This document shows positions 41,588 through 51,374 of a stretch of DNA of 64,000 nucleotides, one piece after another. Made by a program: the position numbers and the translations under genes. The notes under the pieces were generated by a model, which had not been told where the DNA came from, did no database searches, and was given only the letters and a program-made list of their open reading frames with translations. Source of the stretch: Atopobiaceae bacterium (GTDB taxonomy: Bacteria; Actinomycetota; Coriobacteriia; Coriobacteriales; Atopobiaceae); NCBI GenBank assembly GCA_051878835.1, contig JBJEKW010000081.1, positions 3,352 through 67,351 on the forward strand, read 5' to 3'. The number at the start of each line of letters is the position of its first letter. The first letter of the stretch is position 1.

Positions 41588-42640
41588 CTAGTACACCATG
41601 CCCATGGCCTCGCGGACCTCGTCCAGCGTCTGGTTGGCGATGGCGTTGGCGCGGGCGTTGCCGTCGTGCAGGACGTCCTTCACGTAGTCCAGGTCCTTCT
41701 CGTACTGGTGACGGCGCTCGCGGATGGGGGCAAAGTAGTCGTTCACCACCTGGGTCACGTACTTCTTTAGCTGGCCGGAGCCGCCCATGCCGATCTCGTC
41801 CGCGATCTCCTTGGGGTCGCGGCCGGTGCAGATGCCCGCGGTGGTCAGCAGGGCGGACACGCCGGGACGGTTCTCGGGGTCGAACGTGATGTTGCGCTCG
41901 GAGTCGGTCTTGGACTTCTTTATCAGCTTTGCGGTCTCCTGCTCGGTCATGCTGATGGAGATGGCGTTGCCGTAGGACTTGCTCATCTTGCGCCCGTCCA
42001 GGCCGGGGATGAGGGGCGTCGAGGTCAGAAGGCCGGCCACGTCGGGGAACACCTTGCCGTAGCGGGCGTTGAAGCGGTGGGCGATCTTTGCCGTGATCTC
42101 GATGTGGGGCAGCTGGTCGCGGCCCACGGGCACGATGTTGCCCTTGCAGAACAGGATGTCGCATGCCTGGTGCACGGGGTAGGTCAGGAGCAGGCCCGTC
42201 AGGGCGTGGCCCGAGGCCTCCTGCTCGGCCTTGACCGTGGGGTTGCGCTCCATCTCGGCCTCGGTCACCAGCGAGAGGAACGGCAGCATCAGCTGGTTCT
42301 CGGCGGGGACGGCGGAGTGGGTGAAGATCATGGTCTTGTGCGGGTCGATGCCGCAGGCCAGGTAGTCCATGACCATGTTGTACACGTTGTCCTGGATGTG
42401 CTCGGTCGTGTCGCGGTCGGTGATGACCTGGTAGTCGGCGATGATGATGTTGGTGTTTACGCCGGCCTCCTGCAGGCGCACGCGCTCGCGGATGGTGCCG
42501 AAGTAGTGGCCCAGGTGCAGGCGGCCGGTGGGACGGTCGCCCGTCAGCATGGTGTACTTCGAGACGTTGCCCGCCTGGATGTCCGCCTGTATCTCGTTGC
42601 TGCGCTTGAGTGCCGCCTCGTAGCTTCCCTCGTTGGGCAT
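41588..42640 (-). CDS. trpS: Tryptophan--tRNA ligase
   Basis: TGDRPTGRLHLGHYFG (HIGH-type) and KMSKSYGN. The likely start is MPNEGSYEAALKRS, internal to the ORF-track start at 42742. Confidence 0.92.
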   Translation of the reverse strand: MPNEGSYEAALKRSNEIQADIQAGNVSKYTMLTGDRPTGRLHLGHYFGTIRERVRLQEAGVNTNIIIADYQVITDRDTTEHIQDNVYNMVMDYLACGIDPHKTMIFTHSAVPAENQLMLPFLSLVTEAEMERNPTVKAEQEASGHALTGLLLTYPVHQACDILFCKGNIVPVGRDQLPHIEITAKIAHRFNARYGKVFPDVAGLLTSTPLIPGLDGRKMSKSYGNAISISMTEQETAKLIKKSKTDSERNITFDPENRPGVSALLTTAGICTGRDPKEIADEIGMGGSGQLKKYVTQVVNDYFAPIRERRHQYEKDLDYVKDVLHDGNARANAIANQTLDEVREAMGMVY

Positions 42641-42759
42641 GGTGTCTCCAAACTCCCGCAGGCCCGGAACCGCCGGGCCTGCAATGCCTTGTTGCGCCAT
42701 CCATCGCACTGCAGGTAGCAGGACCTGGGTGGCTCGTTTCATACGGTCACTATGTTACG

Positions 42760-43617
42760 TCAGTAAGGCGTCCGAGTGCCGCACGTTCTGGGGTCTGCGA
42801 GGGGTCGGCGGGACCTGAGCTCGGCGCGGCAGTCGCGCCAGTCGGGGCAGTGCGCGTCCATGAGGGCCCAGAAGGCGGGGCCGTGGTTGGCCTGCAGGAT
42901 GTGGCACAGCTCGTGCGTCAGCACGGCCCTGAGGCAGCGCGGGCTGTAGGACGCCAGGGTGGAGCTCAGGCGGATGCGCCTGGTGGCGGGCGTGCAAGAG
43001 CCCCAGCGCGTGCGCATGGCGCGCACGGACAGCGCGCTGGCGCTGACGCCCACCTGGGCCTGCAGCTGCGGCAGCAGGCGGCGCGCCTCGTCGCGCACCA
43101 GCTCCGCCATGAGGCCCAGCACGAGGTCGCGCAGCTGGTCGGGCGTGGGCTGGTCCTTATCGGCGGGGCCCGTCTGCACGACGACCTCGTGCTCGCCAAG
43201 CGTCGCCTTGGGGGAGCGCGCGGTGGCGCTGCGCTGCAGCCGCAGCGTGCGGGGGGTGCCCCACACGTACACCTGGCGCCCGTCCTGCCAGGGAGCCTCC
43301 GTCTGACCGGCGCGCAGGGCCGCCTTCGAGCTGCGGGCGATCCACGTGGCGTGGCTGCGCGCCACCCGCTCGGCCTGCGCCCTGGTGGTGCCCAGCGGCA
43401 CGCTCATGCGCACGCTGCCGTCGGGGCGCACGCGCAGGTTCGCGTTCTTTACCCTGGAGCGCACCACCAGCACCTGGACGCCTTCGACGTCCAGCAGGTA
43501 GTCGTAGGCGTCGCGTGGGGAGCGCCCGGAGGTCACCGTATGAGCGCTTCTTATCACGGTATAACCTATCCTTTCTATTCCGCTGGTAGTTGGCCTGTCT
43601 TTGCTGCGGTGAGACAA
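42760..43617 (-). CDS. YgjP-like (DUF45) zinc metallohydrolase
   Basis: 285 aa with the HExxH motif LTHELCHILQANHGPAFWALMDAHCPDW near the C-terminus. Confidence 0.8.
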   Translation of the reverse strand: MSHRSKDRPTTSGIERIGYTVIRSAHTVTSGRSPRDAYDYLLDVEGVQVLVVRSRVKNANLRVRPDGSVRMSVPLGTTRAQAERVARSHATWIARSSKAALRAGQTEAPWQDGRQVYVWGTPRTLRLQRSATARSPKATLGEHEVVVQTGPADKDQPTPDQLRDLVLGLMAELVRDEARRLLPQLQAQVGVSASALSVRAMRTRWGSCTPATRRIRLSSTLASYSPRCLRAVLTHELCHILQANHGPAFWALMDAHCPDWRDCRAELRSRRPLADPRTCGTRTPY

Positions 43618-43681
43618 TTTGGTAACCAGTATGCAGCCTAAATACGCTATCGTTTCTATGTCTGTGAAGAGAGGACAGCCT

Positions 43682-44302
43682 ATGGCAAGCTCATACGGTC
43701 AGGATGCCAGCAAGTCAGCCTTGCGCGCCGAGTACCTGACCCTCTGCAAGAATCTGCCGCGTCACTTTGCGACGCGCGTCGACAAGTCCGTCTGCACGAT
43801 GCTCCGCATGCTCGACCTTTACCGCGCCGCCAGCCTGGTTCTGGCGTACGTATCGTTTCACGAGGAAATCGACACCCTGCCCATCATACGCAATGCCTTC
43901 CGCGACGGGAAGCGCGTGGCGCTGCCCGTGCTGGGGCCCCACGACACCAAGTTAAGGTTCTACGAGATCACGTCCACGTCGCAGGTGCAGCGCGGCGGCA
44001 GGGGACTCATGCGCCCGCCCACGCCCGACGCCCAGCCGCTGGGCCTGGAGGACTTCCTGGGCTCCGTATGCCTGGTGCCGGGCCTGGTGTTCGACGCGGA
44101 GGGCTACCGCGTGGGGTACGGTGCGGGCTACTACGACGAGTTCCTTCAGTTCTATCCTGGAAACAAGGTAGGGCTGGTGCGATCGGTCCAGGTCAGCAGC
44201 AATCCGCTGCCGCACAACGACCACGACCTGCCCGTGGACGTGCTGGTGACCGAGGGCAGCGTGTGGCGCTGTCGTCAGATGCCAGCCATGATGAGGGGCT
44301 AG
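43682..44302 (+). CDS. 5-formyltetrahydrofolate cyclo-ligase
   Basis: LRAEYLTLCKNL, YVSFHEEIDTLPII and GYRVGYGAGYYDEF are signature segments. The start is set at MASSYGQ; the ORF-track start at 43619 is also possible. Confidence 0.85.
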   Translation: MASSYGQDASKSALRAEYLTLCKNLPRHFATRVDKSVCTMLRMLDLYRAASLVLAYVSFHEEIDTLPIIRNAFRDGKRVALPVLGPHDTKLRFYEITSTSQVQRGGRGLMRPPTPDAQPLGLEDFLGSVCLVPGLVFDAEGYRVGYGAGYYDEFLQFYPGNKVGLVRSVQVSSNPLPHNDHDLPVDVLVTEGSVWRCRQMPAMMRG

Positions 44303-44375
44303 GTCAGACGCCAGCCGAGGACGCCAGCCGAGCCGCCACGGGCACGTGCCGGTGCCCATTAGGAGATGCGAGTAC

Positions 44376-45077
44376 ATGACAGAAGCTCTCTGCCTGTGGC
44401 AGATGGGGTCGGTGCGCGCCGTCGGCGCCGGCCTTACCGCGGCATGCGTCAGCGTGGGGGAGGCCCTACGTCACGGCGACGTGGGGTTCGCGCGCCAGGA
44501 GGGCACCACCGACCCCGCGGTCTTCGTAAACGGCGTGTGCTACCGCATAGGTCCCAGCTGCCAGGCCGTGGCCGCTGGTCCGAAGGAGGGGCTGTGCCTG
44601 TGCCTGGTGGCCCCGTTCGACCACTACGCCCCGGTGTTCCTGGAGTCTGGCGTCGACACGCTGGACGGCCTGGGCGCCATCCTGGACCAGCGTCCCGAGG
44701 TGGCCAAGAAGCGCAACCACCCGCAGCTCATGGTGGGTGCGGGCACGCTGGGCCGCGCCGTGCTCAGCGGTCCGAGGGCCCCGCAGGCCGTGGATGACCA
44801 GCTGAGCGACGCGGCGCTGGGAAAGACCGTGGTGCAGGTGTCGGACGTCAGCGGGACCATAGTGGGCCGCAGGATTCCCACCTGCGTTGTGCCGGACGAG
44901 TCGGGCCAGTGGTGCTACACGTTCGTGAGCGAGGACCACAGGCTCATGGGCTGGCTCCTGGGTGCCAGCAGCATCAGCCTGGCTTGCCAGATAGGCGTGT
45001 ACGACGGCATCACGCTGTGCCTGCCCGACCTGCGCGCCTACGACGAGATGGATCTGGACGAAAAGGCACGCATCTGA
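44376..45077 (+). CDS. Hypothetical protein
   Basis: 233-aa ORF with host-like GC. A TAGGAG Shine-Dalgarno lies about 12 nt upstream of MTEALCLWQMG. No motif recognised. Confidence 0.5.
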   Translation: MTEALCLWQMGSVRAVGAGLTAACVSVGEALRHGDVGFARQEGTTDPAVFVNGVCYRIGPSCQAVAAGPKEGLCLCLVAPFDHYAPVFLESGVDTLDGLGAILDQRPEVAKKRNHPQLMVGAGTLGRAVLSGPRAPQAVDDQLSDAALGKTVVQVSDVSGTIVGRRIPTCVVPDESGQWCYTFVSEDHRLMGWLLGASSISLACQIGVYDGITLCLPDLRAYDEMDLDEKARI

Positions 45078-45153
45078 CCCTTGCGGGACAGGTGCGCGCC
45101 TGCGAGTGAATCTATGGCGTCAAGTGCTGCCGGTGTCGGCGCGCAATGCCAGC

Positions 45154-46206
45154 CTATTTCGCGTCGGGGTCGCCCTTCGGCTGCACGCCCAGGTGCTTTG
45201 CCAAATCCATGATGGCCTTGCGGTATCCCTCGATGCCCATGCCGATGACCGTCTCGAAGCAGGCGGCGCGCACGTAGGAGATCTGTCTGAACTCCTCGCG
45301 CTTGTCCAGCTGCGAGATGTGCACCTCAACGGCGGGGATGCTGACCGCCTTCAGGGCGTCCAGGATGGCCACGGACGTGTGCGTGTAGGCACCGGGGTTG
45401 ATGACGATGCCGTCGTACATGCCGTACGCGTCCTGGATCTGGTCCACCAGGTCGCCCTCGTGGTTGCTCTGGAAGCACGTGCACTTGCTGAAGCCGGCCT
45501 CATCGGCCGCGCGGTGGCATAGCGCCAGCAGTGCCGAGAAGCTGTTGTGCCCGTAGATGTCGGGCTCGCGGATGCCCAGCATGTTGATGTTGGGCCCGTT
45601 GATCACCAGCACCCTGGGGCCGTGGATGCGCATGGCCGTGGACGTGCGCGTCTGGTCCAGCAGGTTCGCCAGCTGGTTCAGGTCGTCGTCCGTGGGCTGG
45701 GGAGCCGGCTTGTGCACGGGGGTCACCTTGACTGTGGGCCGCTTCTGCGACGGGTGCGAGAAGGGCGCGGTCCTCGCAGGCTCTTCGGGAACCTGTCGGC
45801 TTGGCTGAGGGGTGCCCTCATCCTTGGGTGCGGCAGCGGCTTTGCTGGTCTGCTGAGTTGCCTCGGCGGGATTTGGGGTCTCAGCCTGGGAGGCCGAGGC
45901 CTCGTCTTCGTCGTCGGAGGGCTCGTTTGCGGGTGAGCCCTCGGTGTCTGTCCCGTTTTTGACCAGCTGGTCCAGGGCGTTGTACACGCCCTCGATGGTC
46001 CTGGGGCCAAACACTATCTCGATGCCGTCGCTTCCGCGGATGACCGTGCCCAGGACCTCGGGAATCTGGTCCAGGTCGTCACGGCTGGCAAGGTCGCGGT
46101 CGGCCAGCGTCAGGCGCAGCCGCGTCATGCAGACGTCGCTGTCGGTCACGTTTTCCCTTCCCCCGACCGCGTCCAGAACTGCCTGCGCTATCGACTTCTT
46201 TCCCAT
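45154..46206 (-). CDS. aroQ: Fusion protein: PTS EIIB(Glc)-like domain, acidic/Pro-rich linker, type II 3-dehydroquinate dehydratase
   Basis: The N-terminus MGKKSIAQAVLDAVGGRENVTDSDVCMTRLRLTLAD matches the EIIB C-x-TRLR phosphocysteine signature. The C-terminus has VLVINGPNINMLGIREPDIYG, FQSNHEGDLVDQIQDA and INPGAYTHTSVAILDAL...VEVHISQ, which is AroQ. Confidence 0.85.
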   Translation of the reverse strand: MGKKSIAQAVLDAVGGRENVTDSDVCMTRLRLTLADRDLASRDDLDQIPEVLGTVIRGSDGIEIVFGPRTIEGVYNALDQLVKNGTDTEGSPANEPSDDEDEASASQAETPNPAEATQQTSKAAAAPKDEGTPQPSRQVPEEPARTAPFSHPSQKRPTVKVTPVHKPAPQPTDDDLNQLANLLDQTRTSTAMRIHGPRVLVINGPNINMLGIREPDIYGHNSFSALLALCHRAADEAGFSKCTCFQSNHEGDLVDQIQDAYGMYDGIVINPGAYTHTSVAILDALKAVSIPAVEVHISQLDKREEFRQISYVRAACFETVIGMGIEGYRKAIMDLAKHLGVQPKGDPDAK

Positions 46207-46357
46207 GGGGTGTGCTCTCCCTAGCTGGCTCTTCCGGTCAAAGTTACATCCATACCCTACGGCAGGCGAAGCGCGGTCTCTCCGCGAATTCGGCCTGCCG
46301 GCGGTATTTCCTGCAAGCGTTACTCGTTCCACGCTCGTTCTAAATGATCACACACTG

Positions 46358-47671
46358 CTACCAGCTCAGGTGCTGGGCTATGGCTCGGGCGTCTCCTGCG
46401 GGCGAGCCGGTGCAGGGCTGCACGTAGTCGGCCCAGGAACGGTACAGGGGCATGCGCTCGCGTGCCAGCCGCTCCACGCCCTTGTCCTGCGATATGGGGC
46501 GTCCGTCGCTGGACAGCTGGTCGATGGGCCTGTCCAGCATCACGATGAGACCGTTCTGGTGCAGCAGGTCGTAGTTTTGCGGCTGCGTCACCACGCCTCC
46601 CCCGCAGGCTATGACCAGTCCGGAGCGGGCGCCGTACGTGGAGACGACCTCGGTCTCCAGCTCGCGGAAGCGCTTCTCGCCCTGCTGGCGGATGCACTTC
46701 TCGGCCGTCATGCCGTGATGGACCTTGAACGCCTCGTCCAGGTCGATGAAGGGGCGGCCCAGGGTGTGCGCCAGGCGCTTTCCGGTGGAGGTCTTGCCCG
46801 AGCCGGGCATGCCTATGAGCACGACGTTGGTCGTCTGCGACAGGATGTCGCGCACCACGTCGGCTATGCAGTCGCGCTCCAGCCTTTGGTCCTGGAACAG
46901 CTCGCTGGAGTACAGCGCCTGCGCCACCAGCATGGGAAGGCCGCTGCGGTATGGGATGCCCAGCTTTTCGGCGTTCAGGCAGATGCCCGTGCGCGTGGGG
47001 TTGTACACGACGTCCATGACGCCCGCCAGCTTGGGCAGCTGGCGCATCTGGTCCAGGCTGAGGGGCGAGGCCGGGCACTTGGGGTACATGCCCACGGGCG
47101 TCGTGTTCACCACCAGGACGGCGTCGGCGTGGCGCTGGACCAGGGTCTCGTAGGTGTCGTCGCCCTTGCGCGAGATGACCGACGTGCGCGCACCGCGCTC
47201 GGCCAGGGCCGCCTGCACGGCATGGCTGGCTCCGCCCGAGCCCAGAACCAGCACGGGCGCGTCGTGCAAAAGCTGGTTGGCCTGCGTGCCCATGCTCTGG
47301 AGGCAGAAGTCGTCTAGCATCCAGCCGAAGCCCAGAACGTCGGTGTTCTCGGCATAGATGGTGCCGTCGCTGCGTCGGATCAGCGTGTTTGCCACGCCCA
47401 GACGGCGCACGCGCTCGGAGCACTCGTCCGCCAGGCGCGCGGCTAGGCCCTTGTAGGGGATGGTCACGTTCAGCCCGCGCCAGCCGCCGTGGTGCACGAA
47501 GTCTGCCACCTGGTCGGGCTCAAGGTCGTGCAGGCGGTAGGGGATGCTGCCCAGCCGGTCGTGGATCTGCGGGGACCAGCTGTGGCCCAGGGGGTGGCCT
47601 ATGAGGCCGAACGGCTCGTGCTCGTCGCGGGAGCCGTCCGTGGCGTCGGCTTTCGGGGTGTCCTTGGCCAT
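46358..47671 (-). CDS. aroE: Bifunctional shikimate dehydrogenase / shikimate kinase
   Basis: The N-terminal half has GLIGHPLGHSWSPQIHD and LVLGSGGASHAV (AroE). The C-terminal part has VVLIGMPGSGKTSTGKRLA (AroK Walker A) and VIACGGGVV. Confidence 0.88.
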   Translation of the reverse strand: MAKDTPKADATDGSRDEHEPFGLIGHPLGHSWSPQIHDRLGSIPYRLHDLEPDQVADFVHHGGWRGLNVTIPYKGLAARLADECSERVRRLGVANTLIRRSDGTIYAENTDVLGFGWMLDDFCLQSMGTQANQLLHDAPVLVLGSGGASHAVQAALAERGARTSVISRKGDDTYETLVQRHADAVLVVNTTPVGMYPKCPASPLSLDQMRQLPKLAGVMDVVYNPTRTGICLNAEKLGIPYRSGLPMLVAQALYSSELFQDQRLERDCIADVVRDILSQTTNVVLIGMPGSGKTSTGKRLAHTLGRPFIDLDEAFKVHHGMTAEKCIRQQGEKRFRELETEVVSTYGARSGLVIACGGGVVTQPQNYDLLHQNGLIVMLDRPIDQLSSDGRPISQDKGVERLARERMPLYRSWADYVQPCTGSPAGDARAIAQHLSW

Positions 47672-47672
47672 G

Positions 47673-48818
47673 CTAGATCACCTCGGAGTAGCTGCCGAGG
47701 TAGCGGAACTCCTCGCACACGTCGGTCAGGGAGTTCATGAGGGTCTTGAACTCGGGGGAGGCGGCTGGGCACTCAACGTCGAAGTAGAACATGAAGTCGA
47801 ACTCGCGGTCGGGGATGGGGCGGCTCTCCAGCTTTACCAGGTTGATGTCCAGGGCGGCGAAGCGTGCCAGCACGCGGTACAGGGAGCCGGGCTCGTGCTT
47901 CAGCACCACCATCAGCGTGGAGCGGTCGGCGCCCGGGTAGATGGTGAGGTCCTTCGCGATGCAGGCGAAGCGGGTGTAGTTGTTCTGCTGGTCCTGCACG
48001 TTGCGCTGGGCCACCTCGAGGCCGTACAGCTCGGCGGCGGAGGCCGACGCCAGGGCCGCCACGTCCGAGCGGTCGCTGTCGGCTACCATCCGCGCCGCCA
48101 TGGCCGTGTTCTCGGTCACGTGGACGCGCAGGTTGGGTATGGTGGCCAAGAAGTTCGAGCACTGGTTGATGGCCTGCTGGTGGCTGTAGACGATGTGCAC
48201 GTCGGACTTCTGCGTGCCGGGCTTCACCAGCAGGTTGTGGTCGATTTTCAGCCTGCAGGTGCGCACGATGTGGAAGTCGTGCTGCATCATGAGGTCGTAC
48301 ACCCGGTTGACCGAGCCCGCGGTCGAGTTCTCGATGGGCAGCACGCCAAAGCGGCACACCCCGCGCTCCACGGCGTTGAACACGCCGTCCCACGTCTCGA
48401 AGTAGGCTATGTTCGCGCGGCGGAACAGCCGGTCGGTGGCCAGTTGCGAGTAGGCGCCCTCGACGCCCTGGCAGGCCACGAAGGCCTGCGGCGGGAACGC
48501 GTCGGGCGCGGAGCACAGCGCCGCGTCGATGATGGTGGCCACGTCGCTCTGGCGGCCCAGGCGGCGGTACTGCGCCTCGCGCGAGGCCTCCATCAGCACC
48601 GACTCGATGACGGCGGCGTAGCTGGACAGCTCGGGGGACACCTGCGAGGAGGCCTTCGCGATGTTCGCGCGCTCGCGCGCGGCGTCGTACACGGGCTTGC
48701 CCGTGCCCCTCTTGTACTCGGCCACGTCGGCGGCGCACTGCATGCGCTCCTGGAACAGGTCGAATATCTGGCTGTCTATCTGGTCTATGCGGTGCCTGAG
48801 GTCTGAAAGCTCTAGCAT
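47673..48818 (-). CDS. pheA: Bifunctional chorismate mutase / prephenate dehydratase (P-protein) with an ACT domain
   Basis: The CM helix is LSDLRHRIDQIDSQIFDLFQERMQCAADVAEYK. The PDT core has VACQGVEGAYS and ENSTAGSV. A C-terminal ACT-like region (TLMVVLKHEPGSLYRVL) is present. Confidence 0.9.
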   Translation of the reverse strand: MLELSDLRHRIDQIDSQIFDLFQERMQCAADVAEYKRGTGKPVYDAARERANIAKASSQVSPELSSYAAVIESVLMEASREAQYRRLGRQSDVATIIDAALCSAPDAFPPQAFVACQGVEGAYSQLATDRLFRRANIAYFETWDGVFNAVERGVCRFGVLPIENSTAGSVNRVYDLMMQHDFHIVRTCRLKIDHNLLVKPGTQKSDVHIVYSHQQAINQCSNFLATIPNLRVHVTENTAMAARMVADSDRSDVAALASASAAELYGLEVAQRNVQDQQNNYTRFACIAKDLTIYPGADRSTLMVVLKHEPGSLYRVLARFAALDINLVKLESRPIPDREFDFMFYFDVECPAASPEFKTLMNSLTDVCEEFRYLGSYSEVI

Positions 48819-48883
48819 GTGTTTCCTTGCGACGTTGTGGTTTGTGGTGCGCTGGCGCGGGTGACGCGGTCGCCTCTATGCCT

Positions 48884-50023
48884 CTACAGGTGGAAGGGCT
48901 CGCCCTCAGGAGGCCAGCTGAGCCAGGAGTCCAGCACGGCCATGGCGCAGACGGCCTCGACCACGGGCACGGCGCGACAGGCCACGCACGGGTCGTGGCG
49001 ACCGTGCACCTCCAGCGTGGCGTCGGTCATGGTGGTGAGGTCCACCGAGTCCTGCGGCCTGCTGATGGACGACGTGGGCTTGATGGCCAGCCTGAACGCC
49101 AGGGGCGCGCCCGTGGTGATGCCGCCCAGGATGCCGCCGGCGTTGTTGGTCTGCGGCGTGCAGGCGCCGTCGCGCATGCGGTAGGGGTCGTTGTTCTGGT
49201 GGCCGCGCAGGTGAGCCACGTCGAAGCCGGCGCCGAACTCGATGCCCTTCACGGCGGGGATGCCGAAGGCCGCGCGGGCTATGGTGTTCTCCATGCCGTC
49301 AAACATGGGCGAGCCCACGCCGGCCGGAAGGCCCGTGGCCACGCACTCCACCATGCCGCCGACCGAGTCCAGGTTGCGCCGGGCGTCGTCTATCTGCGCC
49401 AGCATGGCCTCGGACGCCTGGGGGTCGATGGTGGGCAGCACCTGCCCGGGGGCCTGGCCCACGGCGCCCATCTGTGTGGCCAGGTGCGCCAGGGACTCGG
49501 GCGAGTTGTCCAGCACGTCGAAGCGCTCGTCCGTAGCGTCGCCCACCTGCGCCAGGTGCGCGCGCACCGTGACGCCGTGCGCCTGCAGCATCTGCAGCGC
49601 GATGCCGCCGGCAAAGCACAAGGGCGCGGTCAGGCGTGCCGAGAAGTGCCCGCCGCCCGGAACGTCCTGGTTTCCGTGCCACTTTGCCCAGGCCGTGAAG
49701 TCTGCGTGGCCGGGGCGCGGGACCTTGGCCAGGTTGGAGTAGTCGCCCGAGCGGGTGTTGGTGTTCTCCACGATGGCTGCCAGGGGAGCTCCGCAGGTGC
49801 GGCCGTCGGGGTTCAAGCCGGACAGCACGCGAGGCACGTCCGCCTCCTTGCGCGGCGTGGTCCATGCCCCCTGGCCGGGGGCGCGGCGCGCCATGAACGC
49901 GCGCAGCTGGTCCATGTCGGGCTTGAAGCCGGAGGGCAGCCCCTCGACGGAGCATCCCACGGCGGCGGAGTGCGACTGTCCGAACACGCTGACGCGCAGC
50001 GTGGTACCAAAGCTGGATGGCAT
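48884..50023 (-). CDS. aroC: Chorismate synthase
   Basis: FGTTLRVSVFGQSHSAAVGCSVEGLP, RPGHADFTAWAKW and GRHDPCV motifs. Confidence 0.92.
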   Translation of the reverse strand: MPSSFGTTLRVSVFGQSHSAAVGCSVEGLPSGFKPDMDQLRAFMARRAPGQGAWTTPRKEADVPRVLSGLNPDGRTCGAPLAAIVENTNTRSGDYSNLAKVPRPGHADFTAWAKWHGNQDVPGGGHFSARLTAPLCFAGGIALQMLQAHGVTVRAHLAQVGDATDERFDVLDNSPESLAHLATQMGAVGQAPGQVLPTIDPQASEAMLAQIDDARRNLDSVGGMVECVATGLPAGVGSPMFDGMENTIARAAFGIPAVKGIEFGAGFDVAHLRGHQNNDPYRMRDGACTPQTNNAGGILGGITTGAPLAFRLAIKPTSSISRPQDSVDLTTMTDATLEVHGRHDPCVACRAVPVVEAVCAMAVLDSWLSWPPEGEPFHL

Positions 50024-50026
50024 GGC

Positions 50027-51340
50027 TTACTCCTTCGTCAACTGCACTTGGCCGCCCAGGCGCGCGAAGTCGTCCCAGAAGGCGGGGTAGGACTTGCGCA
50101 CGCACTCGGCGCCGTGGATGGTGACGGGGCCGTCGGCCCCTGCCGCCACGATGGCGGCCATCATGGCGATGCGGTGGTCGTTGTGGGCGTCCACCTCGGC
50201 GGAGTGCGCCTGGCCGCCGTCTATCAGCAGGTCGTCTCCGTCCACCTGCACGCGGATGCCCATGGCGCCCAGCACCTGGCTGACGCTCTCCAGGCGATCG
50301 GACTCCTTCAGGCGCAGCCTGCCCGCGTTGCGCAGGGCGGTCGTGCCCGGCGTGCCGGCGGCGACCGCGGCCAGCGGCGGCACCAGGTCGGGGAAGTCGC
50401 TGACGTCCATGGCAGCGGCGTGGGGGACGTCCCTCGTGGCGCGCACGCTGGAACCCTTGCGGGCTATGCGCACACCCAAAGACGAGAGCGCCGCCATGAC
50501 CACGCGGTCGCCCTGGGCGCTGGCCAGGTCGAGCCCGGTCACCGTGACGCCCTCGGGGTCCTGGGCGCCAGCCGCCAGCCAGAACGCGGCGTTCGACCAG
50601 TCGCCCTCCACGTCGACGACGCCGGGCGACACCAGCGTGTCGGGGGCCACCAGGTAGGACGTGTAGGGCGTCGAGTTCACGACCTCGGGCGCATGGGCCA
50701 CGTGTATGCCGTACTTCTCGAGCGCGTTCATGGTCAGCGTGATGTAGGGCCTGGACTGGATGGGCTCTGTGACCCACACCTCGCTGGGCGAGTCCAGAAG
50801 GGGCGCGGCCATCAGAAGGCCGCTGACGAACTGGGACGACACGTCGCCCGGCAGAACGAACCTGCCCGGGCGCAGCTTGCCCTGCACCACCAGGGGGAAC
50901 TTGCCCTGCGGCGACAGCGTGACGCCGTGCTCCTGCATCTGCTCGTACAGGGGCGAGAGGGGCCTTTGCGCCAGGCGCCCGTGCCCCACGAAGCTGGCGC
51001 CACCGCCCAGGGCGGCCGCCACGGGGAGCAGGAAGCGCAGCGTGGAGCCCGACTCGCCGCAGTCCAGGGTGGGGAAGTCGGGCTTGTCGGGATGGTTGTC
51101 GGAGTCGGCGCGGCCGCGCAGGGGCACGATGCGGTAGCCCAGCTGAGTGCGCGTGACGTGCGCGCCCAGGGAGCGCAGGCACGACGCCGTGGCCTCCATG
51201 TCCAGCGACGTCGAGCCGCAGTGGATGTCGGTCGTCGAGGGGCACAGCGCCGCCAGGATCATGAGGCGGTGCGCCATCGACTTGGACGGGATGGCGGGGA
51301 TGACCCCCGACAGCTGTGATTGTGTGACTATGGCGTCCAT
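50027..51340 (-). CDS. aroA: 3-phosphoshikimate 1-carboxyvinyltransferase (EPSP synthase)
   Basis: IPSKSMAHRLMILAAL, LDCGESGSTLRFLLP, LRLKESDRL and NDHRIAMMAA. Confidence 0.92.
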   Translation of the reverse strand: MDAIVTQSQLSGVIPAIPSKSMAHRLMILAALCPSTTDIHCGSTSLDMEATASCLRSLGAHVTRTQLGYRIVPLRGRADSDNHPDKPDFPTLDCGESGSTLRFLLPVAAALGGGASFVGHGRLAQRPLSPLYEQMQEHGVTLSPQGKFPLVVQGKLRPGRFVLPGDVSSQFVSGLLMAAPLLDSPSEVWVTEPIQSRPYITLTMNALEKYGIHVAHAPEVVNSTPYTSYLVAPDTLVSPGVVDVEGDWSNAAFWLAAGAQDPEGVTVTGLDLASAQGDRVVMAALSSLGVRIARKGSSVRATRDVPHAAAMDVSDFPDLVPPLAAVAAGTPGTTALRNAGRLRLKESDRLESVSQVLGAMGIRVQVDGDDLLIDGGQAHSAEVDAHNDHRIAMMAAIVAAGADGPVTIHGAECVRKSYPAFWDDFARLGGQVQLTKE

Positions 51341-51374
51341 GGTCCTCCTCGCGGATGGTTTGGCGAGCGCCGGG

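Noticed and set aside
42658-42682. Perfect 10-bp GC hairpin (GCAGGCCCGG-AACCG-CCGGGCCTGC) 18 nt upstream of trpS as a Trp attenuator
   Set aside because: No leader peptide with Trp codons, no T-box features and no alternative pairing were found. It is more simply the terminator of the upstream DUF45 gene. It remains unresolved but weak.
48827-51319. 830-aa + strand ORF over aroC/aroA, and the 648-aa - strand off-frame ORF at 49299-51245
   Set aside because: Both are alternative frames of well-supported aroC and aroA genes. Their translations are Arg/Gly/Ala/Pro-rich with no motifs.
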